DNA from: Alphaproteobacteria bacterium
GTDB taxonomy: Bacteria; Pseudomonadota; Alphaproteobacteria; MPNO01; UBA830
Direction of reading: 5' to 3'
Assembly (NCBI GenBank): GCA_965243135.1
Contig: OZ251539.1
Span: 4,992,001 to 5,056,000, forward strand
DNA length: 64,000 nt
Shown: piece by piece, positions 42,400 to 51,334 of the stretch
How the letters are laid out: every line of letters begins with the position of its first letter
Position numbering within the stretch: position 1 is the stretch's first letter
Notes under the pieces: model-generated
The model's input: the letters and a program-made list of their open reading frames with translations, nothing else
Databases searched by the model: none
What the model was told of the DNA's origin: nothing
Program-made: the position numbers and the translations under genes

Positions 42400-43812
42400 T
42401 TGACCACCAACCAGCCCTATACGCCGGATCTGCGCGGCTTCATCGAGTTCCTCGAAACCGAGCACCCTGGCCAGGTTCTCCGCATCTCCAGGGAGGTCGA
42501 CCCGGATTTCGGCGTGTCCGGCATCCTGCACCGCCTGGAAAAGGACGGGCATTTCAAGCTGGTCGTCTTCGAAAACGTGAAGGGATCCGGCATCCCGCTG
42601 GTGTCCAACATGCACGCCAGCTTCGCCCGCCTGCGCCTCGCGCTCGGCATGGAGGACGGCGACGAAAGGGCCTTTCTCGCGGAATACGCGGCGCGGGAGG
42701 AAAACCCGGTCGCGCCCGTGTTCGTCGACGACGCGCCCGTGCAGGAGGTCGTTCGCGCCGGCGAGGACGTCGATCTCGGCCGCTTTCCGATCTGCACCTA
42801 TCACGAACTCGACGCCGGCAAATACGTCACGGCGGGGCTCGGCCTGATGCGCGACCCGGAAACCGGGATCGACAACGTCGGGATCTACCGGCACATGGTG
42901 CACGGGCGCAACGAACTCGGCATCCAGCTCTCGGAAACCGCTCACGGCAACGTCATCTGGAAGAAATACGAGGCGCGGGGCGAACCCTGCCCCATCGCCG
43001 TCGTCGTCGGCCATCACCCGGCGTTCTTCCTGGGGGCCCTGAGCTTCGCGCCGATGGACGCGAACGAGCTGCACGTCGCCGGCGGCGTCCTCCAGCGCCC
43101 GGTCCGGCTCGTCCCTTGCAAGACCATACCGCTGGACGTTCCGGCCGACGCCGAGATCGTTTTCGAGTGCATGATCCGGCCCGGGGAGCGCAGGGCCGAG
43201 GCGCCGTTCGGCGAATATCCCGGAACCTACGGCCCCCGGCGCATGAATCCGGTGCTTGAAGTCCGGGCGATCACCCACCGCCGGGACCCGCTCTACCAGG
43301 ACGCTTTCGTCGGCCATGCGGAACACCTGCTGCTCACGGGCATCGTCCGCGCCTCGTCCATCGAGAAGACGGTGAGGATCGCCTGCGGCACGGTGACCCG
43401 GGTTCGGGTTTCGCGCGCGGGATCCTACCGCTTCGTCTGCTACGTCGCGATCGACCGCAAGATCGAGGGCGAAGCGAAGCAGGCGGCCATGGCCGCCTTC
43501 GTCGCGGATCCGTTCCTCAAGTTCGTGGTCGTCGTCGACAAGGACGTCGACGTCTCGAGCGACACCGAGGTCATGCACGCCATAGGGACGCGGGTGCGCG
43601 GCGACCGCGACATCTTCATGGTCCCTTACGCCAAGGGATCGCCGCTCGATCCGGCCTCGTTCGACCCGGAGGGCGGCTCGCATCTGGTCACCAAGGTCGG
43701 CATCGACGCCACGCGCAAGGACGACTATCCGGCCGAGATCTCCGTGCCCGGGGCCGACGGCATAGACCTCTCCGAGTTCATAGACGGCTACGAGCCGGGA
43801 GGCGCCGCATGA
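42400..43812 (+). CDS. UbiD family (prFMN-dependent) decarboxylase
   Basis: DLRGFIEFLE, NVGIYR, EAPFGEYPG, VVVVDKDVDV, LDP and KVGIDAT motifs. The TTG start is approximate. Confidence 0.9.
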   Translation: MTTNQPYTPDLRGFIEFLETEHPGQVLRISREVDPDFGVSGILHRLEKDGHFKLVVFENVKGSGIPLVSNMHASFARLRLALGMEDGDERAFLAEYAAREENPVAPVFVDDAPVQEVVRAGEDVDLGRFPICTYHELDAGKYVTAGLGLMRDPETGIDNVGIYRHMVHGRNELGIQLSETAHGNVIWKKYEARGEPCPIAVVVGHHPAFFLGALSFAPMDANELHVAGGVLQRPVRLVPCKTIPLDVPADAEIVFECMIRPGERRAEAPFGEYPGTYGPRRMNPVLEVRAITHRRDPLYQDAFVGHAEHLLLTGIVRASSIEKTVRIACGTVTRVRVSRAGSYRFVCYVAIDRKIEGEAKQAAMAAFVADPFLKFVVVVDKDVDVSSDTEVMHAIGTRVRGDRDIFMVPYAKGSPLDPASFDPEGGSHLVTKVGIDATRKDDYPAEISVPGADGIDLSEFIDGYEPGGAA

Positions 43813-44759
43813 CGCACCGCATCGACGTCCATCATCACATCCTGCCCCCGGACTACGTCGACATCGTCGGCGACGCGCGCATCGGCCCGCTCATCCTGGC
43901 CGGCAAGACGCCCGAATGGACGCCGCAGATGTCGGTCGAGGCGATGGACCGCAACGGCATCGGCACGGCGGTCACTTCGATTTCCGCGCCCGGCCTGTGG
44001 TTCGGAGACACGCGGGAGACGGTCGACCTCTGCCGGACGTGCAACGAATACGCGGCGCGCATCCGCAGCGATCATCCCGGCCGTTTCGGCGTCTTCGCCA
44101 GCCTGCCGCTGCCGGACGTCGACGCCAGCCTCGCGGAAATCGCCTTCGCCATGGACGAGCTCGGCGCCGACGGAATTGGCTTGCTGACGAGCTACGGCGA
44201 CCGATACCCCGGAGATCCGGCCTTCGCGCCGGTATTCGACGAACTGAACCGGCGCCGGGCCGTGGCGTACTTCCACCCGACCAACGCCCCCTGCAGCCAG
44301 TGCCTGCCGGAAATCCCGGCCGCGACCCTCGATTTTCCCTTCGACACGACCCGCGCGGTGGTCAGCCTGCTGTTCGGCGGCACCTTCGCGCGCTGCCGCG
44401 ACATCCGCTTCATCTTTTCCCATGCGGGCGGAACGATCCCGTTCCTCGCGGAACGAATCGGCCGCCTCGCGGGAAGGCCGGGTTTCCGGGAAAGCGTTCC
44501 CGACGGCGTGGTTCCGGAGCTCGAAAGGCTTTATTACGACACCGCGCTTTCGACCAACCGCTTCGCGTTCGCCAGCCTGCTGGAGCTGGTCGATCCCCGA
44601 CGCGTGCTGTTCGGCAGCGACTATCCCTTCGCGCCGGAGGCGACGATGACCGGATCCGTGAAGGCGCTCGCGGAGATGGATCTCGCGCCCGGCGTGCTGC
44701 AGGGAATCGAGCGGGACAACGCGCTGGCGATCCTTCCGAATCTGGAGACGGTCCGATAG
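43809..44759 (+). CDS. Amidohydrolase family metal-dependent decarboxylase (6-methylsalicylate decarboxylase-like)
   Basis: IDVHHH, FHPT, FPFDTTRA, SHAGG and FGSDYPF motifs. Confidence 0.9.
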   Translation: MTHRIDVHHHILPPDYVDIVGDARIGPLILAGKTPEWTPQMSVEAMDRNGIGTAVTSISAPGLWFGDTRETVDLCRTCNEYAARIRSDHPGRFGVFASLPLPDVDASLAEIAFAMDELGADGIGLLTSYGDRYPGDPAFAPVFDELNRRRAVAYFHPTNAPCSQCLPEIPAATLDFPFDTTRAVVSLLFGGTFARCRDIRFIFSHAGGTIPFLAERIGRLAGRPGFRESVPDGVVPELERLYYDTALSTNRFAFASLLELVDPRRVLFGSDYPFAPEATMTGSVKALAEMDLAPGVLQGIERDNALAILPNLETVR

Positions 44760-45229
44760 AAGAACTGACGCTGCGGATCAACGGCGAGACCCGGACGGTC
44801 GCTTGCGACCCGTCGACGCCGCTGATCTTCGTCCTGCGCAACGGGCTCGGCCTTACCGGCGCGAGATTCGGTTGCGGCCTCGAACAGTGCGGCGCGTGCG
44901 CCGTGCTGGTGGACGGAAAGAGCACGCTGAGCTGCGCCAGACCTGCGGCGGAATTCGCCGGACGGGAAATCGAGACGGCGGAAGCGCTCGAACGCGACCC
45001 GACGGGCGCTCGCGTCCAGAGGGCGTTCGTCGCCGAAGGCGCCGCGCAGTGCGGTTACTGCACGACCGGCATGGTGGTTGCCGCGACCGCGCTGCTCCGG
45101 GAGGATCCCGCGCCCGGCGACGCCGCGGTGCGCGAGGCGCTGCACGGCCACCTCTGCCGCTGCGGCTCGCAGGCGCGCGTCCTCGCGGCCGTCGAACGCG
45201 CTTGCCGCGAGGCCCCCGGTGCCGTCTAG
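44756..45229 (+). CDS. (2Fe-2S)-binding subunit (IorA/NicA-like), apparent ATA start
   Basis: GCGLEQCGAC, QCGYC and HLCRCG motifs; GGAG lies 8 nt before ATA at 44756. Confidence 0.85.
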   Translation: MEELTLRINGETRTVACDPSTPLIFVLRNGLGLTGARFGCGLEQCGACAVLVDGKSTLSCARPAAEFAGREIETAEALERDPTGARVQRAFVAEGAAQCGYCTTGMVVAATALLREDPAPGDAAVREALHGHLCRCGSQARVLAAVERACREAPGAV

Positions 45230-47357
45230 CAGCCTCGCCCGCCATCCCCGTCTGGACGAATGGCTGGAGATCGGAACGGACGGGCGCGTCCTCGTCCGCA
45301 CCGGAAAGGTCGACATCGGCCAGCGCATCTCGACCGCGCTGGCGATGATCGCGGCCGAAGAGCTCGACGTTCATCCCGACCGGATCGACGTGTCGCGAAC
45401 CGCGACCGGCGTCGATCCCGACGAGGGCGTCACGGCGGGCAGCGCCTCGATGGAACAGTCGGGCAACGCGATCCGCGCCGCGGCGGCCACGGCGCGGCGC
45501 CGCATGCTGGCGCAGGCAGCCGAAACGCTGGGCGTCGACGCCAAGAGCCTGGAGGTCGAGGACGGACTCGTCCATTCGCGCCGGACCAACCGCAGCGTCA
45601 CCTACGCCGAACTGCAGGGGGGAAAGCCGTTCGGCATCGCGGTCGACCCCGACGCTCCGACGGCGACGCTGCGGCGAATCGTCGGAAGCGCGGCGACGCC
45701 GCGCTTCATGGACGACATCGTCTCGGGTCGATATCGCTTCGTTCACGACCTCGCTCTGCCGGGCATGCTGCACGCCCGCGTCGTGCGGCCGCCGCATTAC
45801 GACGCGGCGCTGGTCGAACTCGACGACGAAGCGGTCGCGGGTCTCGGCGAAACCCGTCTGGTTCGCGACGGCAGTTTTCTCGCCGTGGCGGACGCGGACG
45901 AATACAGGGCCATACGCGCCGCCGAGCGGATCGCAGGCGCATCGGTCTGGAAGCCCGAACGCGGGATCGAGCCGCAGGACGTCTACGAGCGGCTGACAGA
46001 GAACGAACGCGCGAGCCTGCCGGTGATCGACGGCTCCCCGGTCGACGCGCCGCCGCCGGATCTCGGAGATCCGCCGGCGGAGGCGGCCGCGACGCTGGAG
46101 GCGCGCTACGAAAAGCCCTACCTGATGCACGGTTCCATCGGCCCGTCGGCGGCCATGGCGCTGTTCCGGGACGGCCGGCTGGAAATCCGGTCGCACAGCC
46201 AGAGCGTCTACTTCCTGCGCGACAGCATCTCCGAGGCGCTGGAACTGAGGCCCGAAAACGTGCAGGTGATCCACATGCCGGGGGCAGGATGCTACGGCCA
46301 CAACGGCGCGGACGACGCCGCCCTCGACGCCGCGTTGATCGCCTGCGCCTTGCCCGGCGTCCCCGTCCTCCTCAAGTGGACCCGGGAACAGGAACACGCC
46401 TGGGAGCCTTACGGCACCTGCATGGCGATGAAGCTGCGGGCGAGCCTCGACGACCGCGGAACCGTGATCGCCTGGTCCCACGAAAGCTACGGCGACACCT
46501 TCAACATGCGCCCGCGCGCGGGCCCCGGAGGAGCGGGACCTGCGCGCCTGCTGGCGAGCCGGCACCGGGCGCAACCCGCGCCGCGCTTCGTTCCCCGGCC
46601 GGCGATGGACCGCCACATGGGCATCCACCGCAATCTCGATCCGATATACGAATTCGCGGATCGGCGCCTGATCAAGAACCTCGTGCGCGGCCTGCCGCTG
46701 CGCACCTCGGCGCTGCGGACGCTCGGCGCCTTCGCCAACGTATTCGCGATCGAATGCTTCATGGACGAACTCGCGGAAGCGGCGAACGCCGATCCCGTGC
46801 AGTTTCGGCTCCGTCACCTGCGGGATCCGCGAGCGCGCGAGACGTTGAAGGCGGCCGCCGATCTCCTCGCCTCCCGGCCGATGCCGCCGGACAGAGGGCG
46901 CGGCCTCGGTTTCGCGCGTTACAAGAACGCGCAGGCGTATGCGGCCGTGGGAGTCGAGGTCGAAGTCACCGACGCGGCCGAGATCGCGCTGCACAGAATG
47001 GCGATCGCTGCGGACGCCGGCGAGGTCGTGGATCGCGCGGGGCTCGTCGCGCAGATGGAAGGCGGCGCCCTGCAGGCAGCGAGCTGGACGCTGTACGAGG
47101 AGGTGACCTTCGACAGCGGCGGGGTGACCAGCCGGGATTGGGAAACCTATCCCATTCTCCGTTTCGACAACGTGCCCGAGATCGAAACCGTCCTTCTGGA
47201 TCGGCCGGGCGCGCCGTTTCTCGGCGCGGGCGAAGCCTCTTCCGGTCCGGCCGGCGCCGCGATCGGAAACGCGGTCCGCGACGCCGCCGGCCTGCGCCTG
47301 CGGCGCATGCCGTTCACGCCCGACGCGATCCGGGCGGCCGCCATGGCGGACGACTGA
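45219..47357 (+). CDS. Molybdopterin-binding subunit (IorB/NicB-like)
   Basis: TGKVDIGQ, HGSIGPS, GCYGHNGADD, LRTLGA.AN, Q.EGG and GAGE motifs. Confidence 0.9.
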   Translation: MPSSSLARHPRLDEWLEIGTDGRVLVRTGKVDIGQRISTALAMIAAEELDVHPDRIDVSRTATGVDPDEGVTAGSASMEQSGNAIRAAAATARRRMLAQAAETLGVDAKSLEVEDGLVHSRRTNRSVTYAELQGGKPFGIAVDPDAPTATLRRIVGSAATPRFMDDIVSGRYRFVHDLALPGMLHARVVRPPHYDAALVELDDEAVAGLGETRLVRDGSFLAVADADEYRAIRAAERIAGASVWKPERGIEPQDVYERLTENERASLPVIDGSPVDAPPPDLGDPPAEAAATLEARYEKPYLMHGSIGPSAAMALFRDGRLEIRSHSQSVYFLRDSISEALELRPENVQVIHMPGAGCYGHNGADDAALDAALIACALPGVPVLLKWTREQEHAWEPYGTCMAMKLRASLDDRGTVIAWSHESYGDTFNMRPRAGPGGAGPARLLASRHRAQPAPRFVPRPAMDRHMGIHRNLDPIYEFADRRLIKNLVRGLPLRTSALRTLGAFANVFAIECFMDELAEAANADPVQFRLRHLRDPRARETLKAAADLLASRPMPPDRGRGLGFARYKNAQAYAAVGVEVEVTDAAEIALHRMAIAADAGEVVDRAGLVAQMEGGALQAASWTLYEEVTFDSGGVTSRDWETYPILRFDNVPEIETVLLDRPGAPFLGAGEASSGPAGAAIGNAVRDAAGLRLRRMPFTPDAIRAAAMADD

Positions 47358-47388
47358 CGGATCCCGAAATTTGCGCTACGCTCGCGCA

Positions 47389-48207
47389 ATGCTGGACGTC
47401 AAACCGCTTTCGACCGCGCTCGGCGCCGAGGTCTTCGGCCTGGATCTCGCGGCTCCTCTCGACTCCGCGACGGTCGCCGCGTTGCGCGCGGCGTGGCTGG
47501 ACAACCTTGTCCTGGTCTTCAGAGGCCAGACGATGGAAGAAGGGGATCAGGTCCGTTTCGCGTCGCGCTTCGGAAAGCCGGTCGGCTCCAGATCGGCGCC
47601 GCGGCGCGACGACGGCGACCCCCGCGCAATGCTCATCGGCAACGTGCGCGAGAACGGCGAACCGATCGGCGCGTTGCCGGACGGCGAACTGATGTTCCAC
47701 GCGGATTCGACGTTCCTCGAACGGCCGCTGAAGGGAGCTACGCTCTACGGATGTGAGATCCCGTCCACCGGCGGCGACACGCTGTTCGCCAATATGTACC
47801 TCGCCTACGAGTCCCTGCCGGACGACGTCCGGACCCGGATCGAGCCGCTTCGCGCCCTCCATTGCTACGATTACTCCACGCAGGTCCGAACCGGCGCTTT
47901 CGACCGGAAGACCATGCCCCACGCGACGCACCCCGCCGTCCGCGCGCATCCCGAAACCGGTCGCCGTGCGCTGTACGTCAACCGCCTGATGACGGAAGAG
48001 TTGGTCGGCCTGCCTCCCCAGGAAAGCGCCGCGCTGCTCGATGTCTGCTTCGCCCACGCCGAACGGCCGGAAGGCGTATACCGGCATGTCTGGCGCGAGG
48101 GCGATCTCGTTTTGTGGGACAATCGCTGCACGCAGCATGCGCGCACCGATTTTCCGGCGCGCGAGCGTCGGCTTCTGCGCCGCGTCGGGATCGACTGTCC
48201 GGTCTGA
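47389..48207 (+). CDS. TauD/TfdA family 2OG-dependent dioxygenase
   Basis: FHAD, GGDTLFA, HPAVRAHPETGR and WDNRCTQH.R motifs. Confidence 0.92.
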   Translation: MLDVKPLSTALGAEVFGLDLAAPLDSATVAALRAAWLDNLVLVFRGQTMEEGDQVRFASRFGKPVGSRSAPRRDDGDPRAMLIGNVRENGEPIGALPDGELMFHADSTFLERPLKGATLYGCEIPSTGGDTLFANMYLAYESLPDDVRTRIEPLRALHCYDYSTQVRTGAFDRKTMPHATHPAVRAHPETGRRALYVNRLMTEELVGLPPQESAALLDVCFAHAERPEGVYRHVWREGDLVLWDNRCTQHARTDFPARERRLLRRVGIDCPV

Positions 48208-48463
48208 AACGCCGCTGGTCCGTGCACAGCGAATCGCCCGGGATCCGTCCCGAAGTCTCGTACGAAAGGACACGAGTCGGCCGTTTCGGGCCTTGCGGGC
48301 CGCTCCGCGACGCGAGCCGACGGCGCCTGACGGCCGCTTCGCGGCCGAACCGGCCCTGCCCCGGGCGACGAAATTCTTGCGGAACGCAGTCCTCATCGCG
48401 CATAGTCCGGCCTGTCAGACCGCCTTCCATCTTTCCGGATCCGATGCCGCGCGCAACAGACCG

Positions 48464-50284
48464 ATGAACGGCAACCAGCCCGCACCCGCCAAGAAGCCCG
48501 GTCGCCGCGCCGGGATTTCGCTGACTCTCGCGATGACCGCCAGCGTCGGACTGCTGCTGGCCTTGACCGTGGCCGCCGTTACGGCGTTCGGTCTGTGGAA
48601 CGCCCGGCAGTCGACCGTCGTCCTTCTGAGGGAGCAGGCCCGGCTCGCCGTTTCGACCTCGGTGGCGCGGATCGAACAGCACCTCCGGCCCGCGACCGAT
48701 CAGGTCGCCTTCATCGGCGATCTTCTGGAGTCCGGCGCGCTCGACCCCGCGGATGAAGCGCGGTTCTCCGCCATTCTCACGGGGGCGCTCGCGACCGCGC
48801 CGCAGATAACGACGCTGGTCTTCATCGACCCCGCTCACCGCCTGTTCCGCGTTCAGCGCGTCGAAAGCGCGTTCCGGACATATAAGGCGGACGGGAACAG
48901 GGTTACGCGGCGAGCGATCGCCGCCGTCCAGCGGCCGGGACCGGCCGTCTGGGGGCCGCCGGTCTGGCGCGAAGCGCAGCGGACGACGCTTCTCAACCTG
49001 CGCCGTCCCATCCACCGCGGCGAACGGCTGGTCGGCCTTCTCGTCGCAACGATATCGATCGGAGAACTGTCGGAATATCTGGCGGATCTCGACGGCGAAC
49101 TCGGCGACAACGCCTTCATCCTCTACGACCGGAGGCACGTGCTGGCGCACGCGCTGCTGGCGGACCGGTTCCCGGGCCTTTCGGAAACGAAGCCGCTGCC
49201 GGACGTCGCGAACTTCAGCGATCCCGTGCTGGCGGAAATCTGGCGCGCGCCCCGCGCGCTCGTACAGGGCGACCTGCCCGAAGGAATCGAGAGCTTCTCG
49301 ATCGACGCGTTCAACGATCGGTACATGTTTCTTTATCGGAACGTGACCGGTTTCGGCGACCGGCCATGGCAGGTCGGCGCGTACTTCCGGACCGAGGACC
49401 TGGACGAGTATTTCGACAGGATCAGATGGACTGCGATGGCCGGCGGCAGCGCCTTGATCGTCGCTCTCGCCGCCGCCCTGGTTCTGTCGCGCAGCATCGC
49501 CCGGCCGATCGTCCGGCTCGCGAGAGCGGCGAACAGGGTCGGCCGGCTCGAACTTGCCGACCTGTCCGAGTTGCCGCCGAGCCGGTTCCGCGAACTCAAC
49601 GATCAGGCGAGCGCGTTCAACGCCATGCTGAGCGGGCTGCGCTGGTTCGAAGTCTACGTTCCGAAAGCCCTGGTTCGGCGCTTGATGGAACGCGACGGCG
49701 ACCGGCAACTGGCATCGGCGGAACGCGAGGTCACGGTGATGTTCACCGATATCGCCGGTTTCACGAGCATCGCGGAAGGGACGGACGCCGAAACGCTCGC
49801 CGGATTTCTCAACGATCATTTCGCGGTGATCGCCGGCGCCGTCGAGGCTGCGGGCGGGACGGTCGACAAGTTCATCGGCGACGCCGTCATGGCGTTCTGG
49901 GGAGCGCCCGAAGACCAGCCCGACCACGCCGAGCGGGCGTGCCGCGCCGCGCTGGCGATCCGGAACGCTATCGAAACCGACAACGAACGGCGGTGGACAG
50001 GCGGCGAGACGCGGGTGCGCATGCGCATCGGTTTACATACCGGCCGCGCGGTGGTCGGCAACATCGGTGCACCCGGCCGGATGAACTACACGATCGTGGG
50101 CGATACGGTGAACGTCGCCCAGCGGCTCGAACAACTCGCAAAGGGTACGTCGGACGGCGACGTCGGCATTCTCGTCAGCCAGGCGACCGCCGACAGGCTG
50201 GGCGAGGCTTTCTCCCTCGAGCCGGCGGGCGAACATCAGGTTCCCGGGCGCAACCGGCCGATCGCGGCGTTCCGGCTGGCCTGA
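48464..50284 (+). CDS. Membrane adenylate/guanylate cyclase (TM-Cache-TM-HAMP-cyclase)
   Basis: Two TM segments and a HAMP region, then MFTDIAGFT, DKFIGDAVMA, RIGLHTG and GDTVNVAQRLE. Confidence 0.92.
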   Translation: MNGNQPAPAKKPGRRAGISLTLAMTASVGLLLALTVAAVTAFGLWNARQSTVVLLREQARLAVSTSVARIEQHLRPATDQVAFIGDLLESGALDPADEARFSAILTGALATAPQITTLVFIDPAHRLFRVQRVESAFRTYKADGNRVTRRAIAAVQRPGPAVWGPPVWREAQRTTLLNLRRPIHRGERLVGLLVATISIGELSEYLADLDGELGDNAFILYDRRHVLAHALLADRFPGLSETKPLPDVANFSDPVLAEIWRAPRALVQGDLPEGIESFSIDAFNDRYMFLYRNVTGFGDRPWQVGAYFRTEDLDEYFDRIRWTAMAGGSALIVALAAALVLSRSIARPIVRLARAANRVGRLELADLSELPPSRFRELNDQASAFNAMLSGLRWFEVYVPKALVRRLMERDGDRQLASAEREVTVMFTDIAGFTSIAEGTDAETLAGFLNDHFAVIAGAVEAAGGTVDKFIGDAVMAFWGAPEDQPDHAERACRAALAIRNAIETDNERRWTGGETRVRMRIGLHTGRAVVGNIGAPGRMNYTIVGDTVNVAQRLEQLAKGTSDGDVGILVSQATADRLGEAFSLEPAGEHQVPGRNRPIAAFRLA

Positions 50285-50511
50285 CCTCCGCCCGGCGTTG
50301 TTGCCGCGAAGACGCCGGGCCGCGCCCGCGGGGGAGACCGCCGCTGCGTCGCCGGAGGCAGGCATGACGCGGCAACCGCCGGGCGGCTCCGTCGGCGACG
50401 AGCGCATTCGTGCGGAGGAAGGCGGCGCGTTGTATATTCCGCCCTCATGGAAAATCCTGGCGCGGACGCGATTGCCGGAATCGCCGCCGCACGCGGACGA
50501 AACGACCGGAC

Positions 50512-51225
50512 ATGATTTGCTCGCGCATCCGCCGCCGCATCGACGACAGGCTTGCCGAAATCGAGCGCGACGAGTCCGTGCGGCTTCCGCGCGCAGTGGA
50601 GTCGGGCAGCCGCGCTTGGGGATTCCCGTCGCCCGACAGCGACTACGACGTGCGCTTTCTTTATGTGCGGCCGCGCGACTGGCATCTTGCGCTCGACAAG
50701 CGTCGCGACGTACATCCGGTCGAGGATCCGCTCGACATCAACGGCATGGCTCTGCGATTGCTTCTCAGGGCCACCTCTCGGAATGGCTGGCGTCGCCTTA
50801 TCGGGAGGACGAGACCTGCGCGCGAAGGCTGCTCGCCGCCCGCACCCGGTTCCGCCGTTCGGCGCGCTACCATTACCTGCCGACGCTCGTCCTACCGGAA
50901 GGAATTGGCCGGACGCGAAACCATTCGTCCGAAGAAATACTTCTACCCGCTCCGTCCGGCATTGGCGTTGCGGTGGCTGCGCAACCGCGCGGCCATGCCG
51001 CCGATGGATCTGCCGACCTTGATGGCCGGACTCGGCCGCGAACTTCGCGAAGCCATCGACGAATTGATCGCCCGCAAGGCGAAACGGAGCGAAACGGGCG
51101 CTCGCGTCGGCGTGCGGTTCGAAGAACTCGCCGCAGCCGAGCGCGGCGGGGAGCCTGCCGGCGTCGGCGATCCCGCGCCGCTGAACGACGCCAACGCTGC
51201 GTTTCGCGACATCGTCGGCCTCTAG
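50512..51225 (+). pseudogene. Pol-beta superfamily nucleotidyltransferase (YcgL-like), internally frameshifted
   Basis: VESGSRAWGFPSPDSDYDVRF and KKYFY.LRP.LA are in frame. The conserved middle (EWLASP.YRE, YHYL) lies in another frame. Confidence 0.75.
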
Positions 51226-51334
51226 ATATGCCGCGCCGCCGCCCGGACGGGTCGCCATTCAGGCGCCGGAGCGAACCTGACCGCAGACGGCCGGCGGACC
51301 GCGCGGCCTTCCGGCGCGCCGAAACCGCGAAGCC

